64,000 bases of DNA, taken from the IMG/VR virus record IMGVR_UViG_3300021964_006878, positions 21,367-85,366 of that record; one strand, 5' to 3'. The position numbers and the translations under genes are program-made. The notes beneath the pieces were generated by a model that was not told where the DNA came from, made no database searches, and saw nothing but the letters and a program-made list of their open reading frames with translations. The DNA is from a virus. Of this stretch, positions 10,197 to 20,358 are shown piece after piece (position 1 is the first letter of the stretch; each line of letters starts with the position of its first letter).

Positions 10197-12382
10197 TATG
10201 CTCCATCTAGTTTAGTTAACATAAGTGTTTCTATCATACTATCTAGTGAAACGCCAGCAACTATTACGCTATTGTTTCCATTACTACCACCGCTACTTCC
10301 AATAGGAATTGGAATTACATCACCACCTTGTTGCTGCTGAGGTGGTGCTACCTCTCTGATAACAACGATATTATCAGAATTTGCTGCTTCTGCCTCAGGA
10401 GTAAGCATTGAAACGTTCATATCCTTTGGAGTGGTAGATGCTACTGGTGGTGCTTCACTGCTTGCAGTGCCTAACAATTCAGCACCATCGGCAGTAACAG
10501 AATTTATAATTTCTGTTGACCCTTTTGCTAAGACAGATTTTTTAGAATCGGGAGTTCCTAGAAGAACATTGAAGATGCTCATCAATCCATCTAATCTTTT
10601 AGCATATGATTCAAGCATTGCGACCTGAGGGTCAACTCTTTGTTCTGTATTTTGGGAACGAGCAGGTAAATTACTTGGATTTAATTGAGCTACCCGATTA
10701 TTTTGTGATGTTTTATCAGGGTCGAGTCTACCAATAACCAGAGCAGAGACATATGGTTCTGGGTCTATATCAGACCCACCTCCGCCTCCAGCAGGTCTCA
10801 CCTCAAAATGTAAGTGTTGACCGCCACCACCAAAACTTCTACCAGTATTTCCAATCTCACCAATGATTTCTCCATTATATGGTTGTCCTGGTTTTAAATT
10901 TGATTTTCTTGCCAAGTGGGCAAAGATGAAATCTAGATTACCAATTTGAATAATAACTGTATTACCATAACCACTTAGATACTGAACTAAACTTACTCTT
11001 CCACTTCTTCTATATGCAACATAGTATCCAGTCTGACTACCAGTGCCGATGTCTACACCGCCATGACCACTACTTCTACCTCTGGTTCTAACTGGACCAG
11101 TAGCAACACCATAAGTCTCCTTTATTGCTTTCTGAGATATCACATCCGTGAGTGGACCATTTCTAGAACCAGTCATCGAAACATTTCCAAAATCAGTAGA
11201 TGGACCTGTGTTATTCATTGGAGTCAATTGACCAGTATCAGTCGTTCCCATTAATTCTTCTTCAGACCTTTCATCTGCGGCTGCAGGAATATTTGGTGAT
11301 TGTCCCTTATTGAAAATCTTATCATATAACCACCCACCAAGCATATCACCAACATATCCTCCACCAATAAAACCAATAGCAGTTCCAATTCCAGGAACTA
11401 TACTAAGCATTGCACCAAGTATCCCAGCACCAAGAGCAGAACCGATTGCTTTGAATGCTGCTTTACCTGGATGCACTTTAAATATAAAAACATCCATAGC
11501 AAAACCTATTAAAGATCCAATAAATGGAATTCTTTTAACAAATTTTCCCAGCGTCTTTGCTAGTGCAGTACGACCAGCTTTAGATTTAAATATCCTTTCA
11601 ACTAATCCCTGTATGGGATTCTTACCACCAAGACCTCTAGTGATTGCTGGTCTAGATCTAAATGGATTTTGTGGTCGTTGTATCCCAAACCTTTGTGTTG
11701 ATGCACCCCTTCCATATCTTTGTTGATATCTACTCTGTGCTGCGTCTGGTCCACCCCTTCCTCGCGAGGGTCTTTCCCTTCTTCGCAATGGGTTCCTTAG
11801 TCCACCCCTATTTACATTTCCACCACCACTTTGGGTAATTGCAGTTCCTCTATTGAGACCCAAAGATTTTCTAAGACCTGGTGTGCTTCTGCTACTAGTT
11901 ACACCGCGACGACCAGTAGTAGAACGACTAGTACCCTTTACTGCTGACTTGAATCCTGCTTTACCTAAAAACTTTTTTATTCCAAATCCACCGAGACCAA
12001 GACCTAATGCTCCACCAAGTCCTGATGCTCCAGCAGCAACACCACCAGCAAGAGCAGTAACACCACCAGTAGCAATCGTAGCAAGACCACCAAATGCAGC
12101 ACCACCTATGCCCAAAGCAGACGCTGCTAGGGGTAATGCCGCAAGAACTCCTAGCAGTCCAATTTTGGAAGGTTTGGCTAAGTTTACATCCTTTTCTAAT
12201 TTTTTAAATTCTTCTTCTTTAGGAAGGTCAGACTTTTCTTTAGAAACAAACTCTAACCACTTTCTAAATTTTTCAAGTTCACCTTTACGGTCAAGATCAA
12301 CTGCAGCAATACGCCTAGTTGCTGCTACAGGTCTATACTTTTTTTCTTTTGGATTTTGTTGAAACAGAGAAAGTGTTTTCAT
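10196..12382 (-). CDS. Tape-measure-like protein with M23 peptidase domain
   Basis: HGGVD...GYGN...FAHL...GNTGRS...HLHFEV; Gly/Ala-rich hydrophobic segments. Confidence 0.75.
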   Translation of the reverse strand: MKTLSLFQQNPKEKKYRPVAATRRIAAVDLDRKGELEKFRKWLEFVSKEKSDLPKEEEFKKLEKDVNLAKPSKIGLLGVLAALPLAASALGIGGAAFGGLATIATGGVTALAGGVAAGASGLGGALGLGLGGFGIKKFLGKAGFKSAVKGTSRSTTGRRGVTSSRSTPGLRKSLGLNRGTAITQSGGGNVNRGGLRNPLRRRERPSRGRGGPDAAQSRYQQRYGRGASTQRFGIQRPQNPFRSRPAITRGLGGKNPIQGLVERIFKSKAGRTALAKTLGKFVKRIPFIGSLIGFAMDVFIFKVHPGKAAFKAIGSALGAGILGAMLSIVPGIGTAIGFIGGGYVGDMLGGWLYDKIFNKGQSPNIPAAADERSEEELMGTTDTGQLTPMNNTGPSTDFGNVSMTGSRNGPLTDVISQKAIKETYGVATGPVRTRGRSSGHGGVDIGTGSQTGYYVAYRRSGRVSLVQYLSGYGNTVIIQIGNLDFIFAHLARKSNLKPGQPYNGEIIGEIGNTGRSFGGGGQHLHFEVRPAGGGGGSDIDPEPYVSALVIGRLDPDKTSQNNRVAQLNPSNLPARSQNTEQRVDPQVAMLESYAKRLDGLMSIFNVLLGTPDSKKSVLAKGSTEIINSVTADGAELLGTASSEAPPVASTTPKDMNVSMLTPEAEAANSDNIVVIREVAPPQQQQGGDVIPIPIGSSGGSNGNNSVIVAGVSLDSMIETLMLTKLDGA

Positions 12383-14049
12383 TATCCTATAACACCATTT
12401 GCGATTCTACCAGAAATAGATGACTGAACATTATCACTATTGGAAGTAGAATAAAATGCGACTGTAGGACTACCTCCTAATGATCTACCTGCGTCCGGTT
12501 GAATAATTCTTTGAGGTCTGCGTGATGCTACTTGTTGTACTCCTGGAACAGTAATAAAGGATACATTCGGTCCTTTTTTAGGAGGTATTAGTTTCTTTAA
12601 TCTTTCAAAATGTGCCTCCCATTCTGCTGGTGTTGCATCAGCATCTGGCATCTCACTTAAAGGAACAGTATATTGCTGTTGTGTAGTAGGTTGTGGTCTA
12701 TTGAATTTTTGTATCGCTTGTTTTGCTGCTCTAATTCTATTCTCATCATGTGCTTCATGTTCTCCAGGTCTTTCATAATATATTCTAACTGCCATAGATG
12801 CTTCTTCAACAGTTTTTGCCTTTTTAATTTGACTCATAGCTCTACTTTCAGAACCTTGCAATTCCGTCATAGAAAATTTTAATTGTGTTTTAATATCTAA
12901 AGGATTTAAATTATTACTTGCTGCATAATTATACAAATCATCCTTTCTAGATCCTAACCATTGTCCAATACCAGTAGCACCAATTTGATTTACTGCTTTT
13001 GGATCATATTTACTTTCTTGATAATAATTCCCAACAAATCCTGCTGCTTGTTCTGGAGTGAACCCTTGTGATTTGTAAAAATTAAAAATCTTTTCAGCAT
13101 TACTACCACCAGTAAAATCTGCTGCACCACTTGCTCTAGTAGAACTGCTACTACTGCGTTTTAAATTAAATGGATTAGTTACTGCTCGTTGAGGACCAAA
13201 CATATTCCCCAATCCAAGTAAACTGGATGCCTGATTTCCTTTCTCTGTAAGACCAAGCATGGAAAGGAAATTATTAAATATATCCCCCATGAAATCTCCT
13301 GTCCCGCCAAGAAAATCTCCAATACCTGAACCAATACTACCTACCATACCACCCAGAGTTTTACCTTCTAAAAAGTTAAATCCACCAGCACCAAATGCTT
13401 GTTCATATGAAGGCATCTTCTCTGGTTGACCAATTTTTGGAAGTGGTATTCCAATCTTATCCGCAATAGTTTGAACTGCATTATTATATGTTTCAATTAA
13501 ACCAACAAATTTATTATTATAGAGATCCATAACAAAGGTATAAATCCCTTTAATTTTTTCGTCTATATTTGATAAGAAACCTTTAACATTTTCAAATACA
13601 TTTTCTGCTTGTCCTACAATAAATTCATATGCTTTCTTTATCTGGGGACCAAATATTGCTGCGACTCCAACTACAACTGCCGCAACAATTCCAATAATAC
13701 CTAGTTTACCAATACCTCCCCCACTTGTACCTTTACCAAGTCCCTTAATCTGTCCAACAATATTTCCAATCGATGCTCTCAAACTTTTAGCAGCCATGAA
13801 ACCTTCTACCAGAAGGTTTTTAAGCGAAACAATTGCTGATCTAATTGCTTTAGTATTTTTCTTACCACTAAAGAAGTTTAGATAGTCGAGACCAGATGCT
13901 TTACCAAAACGACTCTTCGATTGAGGATTTGCTTCAACTAAACTTGGTTTGGAACTAGCAGGCGCAAGCACTCTACGCTTAGATGCAAAAACTGAACTAG
14001 CAGTTCCACCTCTAATAAAGTTTTTTGCTCTTACTCCCGATGGTCTCAT
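12382..14049 (-). CDS. Tape-measure-like protein with phage tail lysozyme domain
   Basis: QAAGFVGNYYQES...GATGIGQW...YYERP. Confidence 0.75.
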   Translation of the reverse strand: MRPSGVRAKNFIRGGTASSVFASKRRVLAPASSKPSLVEANPQSKSRFGKASGLDYLNFFSGKKNTKAIRSAIVSLKNLLVEGFMAAKSLRASIGNIVGQIKGLGKGTSGGGIGKLGIIGIVAAVVVGVAAIFGPQIKKAYEFIVGQAENVFENVKGFLSNIDEKIKGIYTFVMDLYNNKFVGLIETYNNAVQTIADKIGIPLPKIGQPEKMPSYEQAFGAGGFNFLEGKTLGGMVGSIGSGIGDFLGGTGDFMGDIFNNFLSMLGLTEKGNQASSLLGLGNMFGPQRAVTNPFNLKRSSSSSTRASGAADFTGGSNAEKIFNFYKSQGFTPEQAAGFVGNYYQESKYDPKAVNQIGATGIGQWLGSRKDDLYNYAASNNLNPLDIKTQLKFSMTELQGSESRAMSQIKKAKTVEEASMAVRIYYERPGEHEAHDENRIRAAKQAIQKFNRPQPTTQQQYTVPLSEMPDADATPAEWEAHFERLKKLIPPKKGPNVSFITVPGVQQVASRRPQRIIQPDAGRSLGGSPTVAFYSTSNSDNVQSSISGRIANGVIG

Positions 14050-14226
14050 TTAGATGCCTTGCTGTTGAATTCGTGTATTCTCTTCTTCAACATATTGATT
14101 TAACAATCCAAGATATATATCTCTCTCCCATGGCATCATATTTTCAATCTCTGTTAAACTATATTTATGATGCTGCATGAGAGAAAAATTAACCTTATAG
14201 TATGACTCAAGATCAATATGTGCCAT
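14050..14226 (-). CDS. gp51: Baseplate hub assembly protein gp51 (cyanophage short form)
   Basis: Manual translation MAHIDLESYYKVNFSLMQHHKYSLTEIENMMPWERDIYLGLL... Confidence 0.85.
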   Translation of the reverse strand: MAHIDLESYYKVNFSLMQHHKYSLTEIENMMPWERDIYLGLLNQYVEEENTRIQQQGI

Positions 14227-14228
14227 GA

Positions 14229-14951
14229 TTAACCGAAAAAACTTTGTAACCCCTCCAATACAACTTCACTTTCAATCTTTGTATTTGGATTCTTCACCTT
14301 AATTGTATGAGTAAGTTTTGGCATAGTTGCAAAAAACTTTTCAATTTCTTTGAACTGATTAGAATTTAAATCATCCATCCAAGTAAGTAATTCTTTCTTG
14401 GTACAATCAGATGTAGACCAACAATCATCTTCATTAAAGATCATATCAATACATGAAGAAATAATCTCAAATGATTGAGTCAATGATTCACCTTCTTCAT
14501 CAAAGTTAAAATTAGTAGAAACAAATTGATCCAAAGACGGATACTTCATACGAAGTGTTAATGTATCATCTAATTTAATATCAGGTGTATGGTCACTATC
14601 CTTAATAACACCAATCTCATCAATATAAACTTTAACTGGAACCGTAGTCTCCCCATCATCTGGGCAAGTAATAATTAAATCTACTGCTTCACCTACAGAC
14701 TTACCTCTGATATTCAAAAACAAATATTCAATATCAAATGTAGGAAGAGATTCAACTTTGATTCCTCTAGTTTGAATGCAATCTTTCAGTGTTTTCTTAA
14801 TTGCATTTGCAATCTGAGTAGAATCTTCGCTTTCTAATGCAAGAATAAGAACTTTTTCTTCTCTAACTAAGAAAGGACGATACTTAATCTTCTTTCCTGT
14901 TGATGGTAATTCCAACTCATATGTCGGGGTAGAAATCTTTGGTAAAGGCAT
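14229..14951 (-). CDS. gp26: Baseplate hub subunit gp26
   Basis: MPLPKISTPTYELELPSTG...YRPFLVREEK...FDIEYLFLNIRGKSVGE...GLQSFFG. Confidence 0.9.
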   Translation of the reverse strand: MPLPKISTPTYELELPSTGKKIKYRPFLVREEKVLILALESEDSTQIANAIKKTLKDCIQTRGIKVESLPTFDIEYLFLNIRGKSVGEAVDLIITCPDDGETTVPVKVYIDEIGVIKDSDHTPDIKLDDTLTLRMKYPSLDQFVSTNFNFDEEGESLTQSFEIISSCIDMIFNEDDCWSTSDCTKKELLTWMDDLNSNQFKEIEKFFATMPKLTHTIKVKNPNTKIESEVVLEGLQSFFG

Positions 14952-15001
14952 AATATCCTATAGATGTTTCAGTAAAATTATTTATCAGGTATACTCAACA
15001 G

Positions 15002-15733
15002 TTACTTTTTCTTTGGGTTCTGTTTACATACAGTGTATCTAGAGTAACTAAAATTGACAGTGACTTTTGTTAGCGTGCTTCCATCATATGAAAATGGAAT
15101 AGCAGCAATGTTCATTGGGAAGGCATCAATGAAATCATATTTTAGAAGGGGTTGCTCAAGTAGTTTCTTTTCCTTGTTATCTTTATTTGGATTTCTCCAA
15201 AACCCTCTTTCAAATTTAAGAATAGAAATACGAGTTTTATATTGATTGGGATATCTAAACCTAAAGAAGCTATTACTTTCATTAAATCCTTCTTGCCCAT
15301 CTTCATCACCAAAATATTGATCTGACCCTCTACTCAATGGGTCAACCCAATTCAACCACTCCTCAAAGAGACGAATAGTATTATACTCTCTATCAACATA
15401 AAATGATAAATCAAAGTCAGCATAAATTCTACGAATTGGAAATCTTTCAATGATTCCTTGACGACTACCACTCTCTTCTGACATATCAAAAGATGAACCT
15501 GGTAAGGATGCTTCCGAACATAAGAAATCATATGTTTCTTCTGTGGATTTGGATTGTCTAAACAATCCACAATCAGTAAGATATCGATTCAACTCACCAA
15601 TACCACTTTGTCGAATAGCAGAACGTCCAAGATTCAATGATACCATAAATTGAGATGTCTGCGACAATGCACCGAATGTGTCCTGGACATCATTCATTCT
15701 CTTATACAACATCTCAGGCGAATATGTTGCCAT
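15002..15733 (-). CDS. Tail tube-like protein (gp19/gp54 fold)
   Basis: FLCSEASLPG, FEEWL, DAFPMNI...VTVNFSY. Confidence 0.7.
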   Translation of the reverse strand: MATYSPEMLYKRMNDVQDTFGALSQTSQFMVSLNLGRSAIRQSGIGELNRYLTDCGLFRQSKSTEETYDFLCSEASLPGSSFDMSEESGSRQGIIERFPIRRIYADFDLSFYVDREYNTIRLFEEWLNWVDPLSRGSDQYFGDEDGQEGFNESNSFFRFRYPNQYKTRISILKFERGFWRNPNKDNKEKKLLEQPLLKYDFIDAFPMNIAAIPFSYDGSTLTKVTVNFSYSRYTVCKQNPKKK

Positions 15734-15765
15734 CTAAATACTTTGAAACTACTTATATACTATGT

Positions 15766-16206
15766 ATGTCGTATAAGGGAAGGTATCTCCCGTCTTATCC
15801 GAAGAAATATAATGGGAATGCTAAGAATATAGTCTATCGTTCCTTGTGGGAGCGAGGTTTTATGAAGTATTGCGACCTTACCGAGTCAGTGAAGGAATGG
15901 CAGTCAGAAGAATTTTTCATTCCATATGTTTCGCCTGTAGATAAAAGAGTTCATCGTTACTTCCCAGACTTCTTTATCAAGTATGTGGATAAGACCGGTA
16001 AGTTAAGACAGATGGTTATTGAAATAAAACCAAAGAAGCAAGTAGCACAACCAAATATGAATCCCAAAAGGAGAACTAAGGCATGGCAGAACTCCATAGT
16101 AACTTGGGCAGTTAATCAAGCAAAGTGGAAAGCAGCACGAGAGTTCTGTGCTGACCGCAAGTTTGAATTCAAGATTATGACTGAAGACGATCTAGGAATC
16201 AAGTAA
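15766..16206 (+). CDS. gp4: Head completion nuclease gp4
   Basis: MSYKGRY...YRSLWER...HRYFPDF...EIKP...NQAKWKAA. Confidence 0.92.
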   Translation: MSYKGRYLPSYPKKYNGNAKNIVYRSLWERGFMKYCDLTESVKEWQSEEFFIPYVSPVDKRVHRYFPDFFIKYVDKTGKLRQMVIEIKPKKQVAQPNMNPKRRTKAWQNSIVTWAVNQAKWKAAREFCADRKFEFKIMTEDDLGIK

Positions 16207-16769
16207 TGGTAAGACGACGTGCTAAACGAAGACGCGCAGGCGGTCCTTCTTATGAAGAAGTAAAAGCACAGATAGATGCGAGAGAAGAGGCATCTAAAAC
16301 TATTGGTCGAAGAATCATGGACCGAGCAGGTCAAGGTGAAGATCCTGACTGGTATGCAAATGAACTGTTCACTGAACTCCAAGAGTATGGCACATCACCT
16401 ACAATAGGTGCTCTCTGTTTCTTCAGTTACAATGCAGCATATCCTGCTAAGTATCCTTTCTATGATAGAAGACCCCTTGCATATATTGTTGACATTAATG
16501 AAAATAGAATACTTGGCGCTAACTTGCATTACTTAAATCCTTCACTCAGAGGACAACTTGCTGCTTCCTTGATAAATAAGAAACAAGTAGACTTTTCAAT
16601 AGGTTACTCTAAACTTATACACAGTTACTTTCCTGGTAACATGGGTGATTTATATGCTATTCCAGTTGATGGAAATGAATGGAATGATGTTGCAAAACTA
16701 GTGACTGAAAGTTTTGTGAACAAGTCAGGAACATATGTCGAACCTCAAACCGCTTGGGATAGTATTTAA
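16206..16769 (+). CDS. DNA end protector gp2-like protein
   Basis: FSY...PFYDRRPL...GANLHYL. Confidence 0.6.
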   Translation: MVRRRAKRRRAGGPSYEEVKAQIDAREEASKTIGRRIMDRAGQGEDPDWYANELFTELQEYGTSPTIGALCFFSYNAAYPAKYPFYDRRPLAYIVDINENRILGANLHYLNPSLRGQLAASLINKKQVDFSIGYSKLIHSYFPGNMGDLYAIPVDGNEWNDVAKLVTESFVNKSGTYVEPQTAWDSI

Positions 16770-18632
16770 ATGGCAGTAAGAACGGATGCAAATGTATTAT
16801 CCTTTAATCCACTCGATCCTGGTGCAGGCAATACTTTAATCACTAAAGGAACCAGTAGTCTTAAGACTATGAAAGTCACTATCAATGGTGAGCAATATTT
16901 TGTACAGACTCGTTATGATCAAGGTGATGGAACTACAGCAGCAGTAGCTGTAGCACAAACTGAAACTGTGACTAAATCTGGGACGGGGAGAAAAAGTAGA
17001 ACCACAGTCAGAAAGACAGATACTCCATGGGTAATATTTACAGTAAATTCAAAGGGTGAAACTACATTTGGTGGAGAGGGTAGAACTGATAACCCCGACA
17101 CACTTGGTGATATTGGTCCTATGCATATTACATCTGAAGAGACTGCAAAAGCAATTGCAGCAACTTTTGAGATTGATGGTGCACCTGCTACTCTAGCAGA
17201 AGGAGTATCTGAACATAATACCAGAGCAAAAGTATTACAGAAAAAGTCTACCCGAATATTTCATACTAAAGATGAAAGCAGGGTAGTACAAGGTGTAGCA
17301 GTAAAAGAAGCAGTAATAGAAGAAACAACTCCTGTTCCTCCAGTGAATATTAACGAATCTCCCAATGTTGACACAGATAATGGTGAAGAACCATCGAATA
17401 ATGACGTGAATGCCGATTCGATTACTGATGCAGAAGGAAATACATTAGCAACAATTGGAGATAAAAGCAAAGATGTACTCCAATTAATTCAAGAAAAACT
17501 TGGACAAGCAAATGCCTTAATTAAAATATCACCAGAAGATCGTGCAGCATTTGAAAAATTATTTGAAGAAGGTGGTGGAGATACAATCGTTGGTGGTAAT
17601 TATCCAATCGATAATACCTATGGGGAATTTTTCGGGCAAGATTATGTCACCATTGACCAGTTCATATATCAACCACCGAGGAGAGATCAAATATTTGGGG
17701 AAAATGCACTACAAAATATAACAAGTGGGAATCAAAGAGTCACACCATTGAAAAAGTTTGTAGCAATGGTCAAGTTACCAATGCCCAATACTATTACAGA
17801 TGCAAATGCTGTTGCTTGGGGTGATGATGTAATGAATAATCTTTCTGCAGCAATTACTGCTGGTACTATGAATAACCCAGTAGCAGTTGGTGCTGGTGGT
17901 TTTCTTGGTAGTCTGATTGGTCAGGGTCAGTTAGGAGCACTAGCAGCACTAGCAATCGCAGAGAATAAGAGTAGTATAGAGGATATAAAAAACTTTAACT
18001 TTGCAGGTGCTTTTGGTAGTGGTGCTAGTGGTGCTTTGATGGGTAAAGCTAGTTTGGGTGCTGCAATCTTGGGGATAGCAGGTTCTAATGTCTCGGCAGA
18101 TGATATATTACAAAGAGGTGTTGGGGTTGTTCCAAATTCAAATATGGAACTTATGTTTAATGCTCCAGCACTGAGGGATTTTAATTTTAGTTGGAAGATG
18201 AGTCCAAGAGATGAAAAGGAAGCATTAGAAGTAAAGAAAATTATTCGTTTCTTTAAGCAGGGAATGGCTGCAAAAACAATGACGAACCAGGCAGGACAAA
18301 GAAGTCTATTCCTAGGAACACCAAATGTTTTTAGACTTCAATATCGAACTGCAAAAGGAGAAATTATTGAAGGTGTAAATAGAATTAAACCCTGTGCTGT
18401 TGTTGGAACATCGGTGAACTATACACCTGATGGGGCATGGGCATCGTATGATGGTGGTCAACCTGTCAGTACTATCCTATCAATCAATATGAAAGAACTT
18501 GAAGCAGTATATGCTTCTGATTATAGTGAGAAACAGATTCTTTCAGAAAGACGATCCAAAGATATTACTGATGGGACAATGGGAGAGGATGGTGATCTTT
18601 ATTCAATTAGTCCAAACGAGGTAGGTTACTAA
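16770..18632 (+). CDS. gp48: Baseplate tail tube cap gp48
   Basis: LPMP...ELMFNAPALRDFNFSWKMSPR...VNYTPDG; precedes gp53. Confidence 0.8.
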   Translation: MAVRTDANVLSFNPLDPGAGNTLITKGTSSLKTMKVTINGEQYFVQTRYDQGDGTTAAVAVAQTETVTKSGTGRKSRTTVRKTDTPWVIFTVNSKGETTFGGEGRTDNPDTLGDIGPMHITSEETAKAIAATFEIDGAPATLAEGVSEHNTRAKVLQKKSTRIFHTKDESRVVQGVAVKEAVIEETTPVPPVNINESPNVDTDNGEEPSNNDVNADSITDAEGNTLATIGDKSKDVLQLIQEKLGQANALIKISPEDRAAFEKLFEEGGGDTIVGGNYPIDNTYGEFFGQDYVTIDQFIYQPPRRDQIFGENALQNITSGNQRVTPLKKFVAMVKLPMPNTITDANAVAWGDDVMNNLSAAITAGTMNNPVAVGAGGFLGSLIGQGQLGALAALAIAENKSSIEDIKNFNFAGAFGSGASGALMGKASLGAAILGIAGSNVSADDILQRGVGVVPNSNMELMFNAPALRDFNFSWKMSPRDEKEALEVKKIIRFFKQGMAAKTMTNQAGQRSLFLGTPNVFRLQYRTAKGEIIEGVNRIKPCAVVGTSVNYTPDGAWASYDGGQPVSTILSINMKELEAVYASDYSEKQILSERRSKDITDGTMGEDGDLYSISPNEVGY

Positions 18633-19294
18633 TGTCTTATTTCAGAGAGTTACCAAATATATCTGCTCTATCTTTACTGCCAGGAAGAGCACGAGATGAT
18701 GAAAGAGTTTTAATCAAAAACTTTTTCAAGAGACCAAAACTTAGAAGCGATATTGATATTGCAATTACTGCCTTTGATTTTAAGGTTATTAAAGATGGGC
18801 AGAGACCTGATAACATTGCAGAAATTATGTATCAAGATCCAGAATTGGATTGGGTAGTTCTGATTACTAATAATATTACAAATATAAGGGACCAATGGCC
18901 ACTGTCTAACAATAATCTTCATAATTATATGCTAGATAAGTATGGTTCTGAACAGGCACTTCAGGAAGTCCACCATTATGAAACATTTGAAATTAAAGAT
19001 GAATATAATAGAACAGTTTTAGAATCTGGTCTTGAAGTAGATGAAGATTTTTCATTCACATTCACAACAGTTAATGGTAACCTTGTAACGAAATCAAATG
19101 CAGCAGGTCCAGTTACAAATTATACTTATGAAAGTACAAGAAATGATGCGAAAAGAATCATTCGTGTATTGAAACCAAAATTCGTTGGTAGTTTTATCAG
19201 TGATATGAAAAAGATGATGAAGTATGAAACATCTTCCCAATATATCAATAGAACTACTAAGGCAGCGTTTAACACCAGAAAATTTGGGTTATAA
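18632..19294 (+). CDS. gp53: Baseplate wedge gp53
   Basis: MSYFRELP...RPDNIA...WVVLITNNI...QWPL. Confidence 0.88.
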   Translation: MSYFRELPNISALSLLPGRARDDERVLIKNFFKRPKLRSDIDIAITAFDFKVIKDGQRPDNIAEIMYQDPELDWVVLITNNITNIRDQWPLSNNNLHNYMLDKYGSEQALQEVHHYETFEIKDEYNRTVLESGLEVDEDFSFTFTTVNGNLVTKSNAAGPVTNYTYESTRNDAKRIIRVLKPKFVGSFISDMKKMMKYETSSQYINRTTKAAFNTRKFGL

Positions 19295-19316
19295 AAAAAC
19301 CCTCCTTTCGGAGGGT
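19293..19316 (-). terminator. Intrinsic terminator between convergent gp53 and gp32
   Basis: ACCCTCC/GGAGGGT stem with T-run on the minus strand. Confidence 0.75.
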
Positions 19317-19323
19317 GTAAAGG

Positions 19324-20283
19324 TCAGGAGTTGACCAGTTTAGCAAAGTAGTTGAGGGAGTCGTCTTCATCTTCCGTGTTGCTACTGAGAGTGGTGTCGG
19401 GGTCATTAAATGACTTACTGCGACCTTCACTCAAGTCCTCATAGGAAGCACCAGCGGCACTAGGTTCAGAGTAGTCACCACGACGCTCACGTTCCCATTG
19501 TGCTTCTTCTTCCTGAGTCTCAGGGTCTTGCATCTTAGGAGTACCCTTGTTACCAAGAGTATAATCAAGACGCTTCTGAAGTGCATCATATGCCTTGAAG
19601 TTCTTAGGGTCAAGGAACTCATTCAGGTCATAGAGATTGTTGTAGATTTTCTCTAGTTTATCATCGTCATCGAACAATGCGCTAGGGTTAGCAAACTCAC
19701 TGCTATCATAGTTCTGATAACCAGCAACACGGCGAATCTTCAGTTTGAAGTTTGCACCCTGCCAGAAATCAAAAGGATTGATAGGTTCTTCGTCAGCAAA
19801 CTCAGGCTTCATTGCTTCCATGATTTTATCATGGATCTTCTTACCATACTTGTAAAGGAAAACTTTACCGTCGTTATCGGGATTAGAAGGATCACTTACA
19901 ACAAGAATGTTGCTATAGTATGAGAGTTTACGCTTTTGCTTACGTGCTTGCTCTTTACCAGCATCAGTGCCGTTGTTCCAAAGGGTAGAATTATATTCAC
20001 ATACAGGACATTTCTGCTCTTTAGTGGTTAGACATTGGTCAATCAACCAACCACCAGGACCTTGGAATGCATGGGTATAGACTCGTGCCCAAGGAAGTTC
20101 ATTTCCATCTGCTTCAGGGAGGAAACGAATAACTGCAAAACCATTACCAGTCTTATCAACTGATGGTTTCCAGATACGCTCGTCAGCACCATTCCCCTTG
20201 TCGTTGAGTTTTTCGACAGACTTGATTAGTTTATCAGTAAGGGAACCAGAACGGGACTGCTTTTTGAGATTTTGAAAAGACAT
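19324..20283 (-). CDS. gp32: ssDNA-binding protein gp32
   Basis: DERIWKP...AVIRFLP...HAFQGPGGW...GANFKLKI; acidic tail. Confidence 0.95.
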   Translation of the reverse strand: MSFQNLKKQSRSGSLTDKLIKSVEKLNDKGNGADERIWKPSVDKTGNGFAVIRFLPEADGNELPWARVYTHAFQGPGGWLIDQCLTTKEQKCPVCEYNSTLWNNGTDAGKEQARKQKRKLSYYSNILVVSDPSNPDNDGKVFLYKYGKKIHDKIMEAMKPEFADEEPINPFDFWQGANFKLKIRRVAGYQNYDSSEFANPSALFDDDDKLEKIYNNLYDLNEFLDPKNFKAYDALQKRLDYTLGNKGTPKMQDPETQEEEAQWERERRGDYSEPSAAGASYEDLSEGRSKSFNDPDTTLSSNTEDEDDSLNYFAKLVNS

Positions 20284-20329
20284 AGGATTGATTAGGATAA
20301 ATTAGGATGTGTTGGATGTGGACAGGTCT

Positions 20330-20358
20330 ATTATAAGGCATGTGCCTTCAGATGTCAA
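20330..20358 (-). promoter_or_regulatory. Sigma70-like promoter of gp32
   Basis: TTGACA-N17-TATAAT. Confidence 0.8.

Noticed and set aside
15655-15765. N-terminal extension of gp4 in the ORF track
   Set aside because: Overlaps the divergent tail-tube-like gene; the recognisable gp4 start is MSYKG at 15766.
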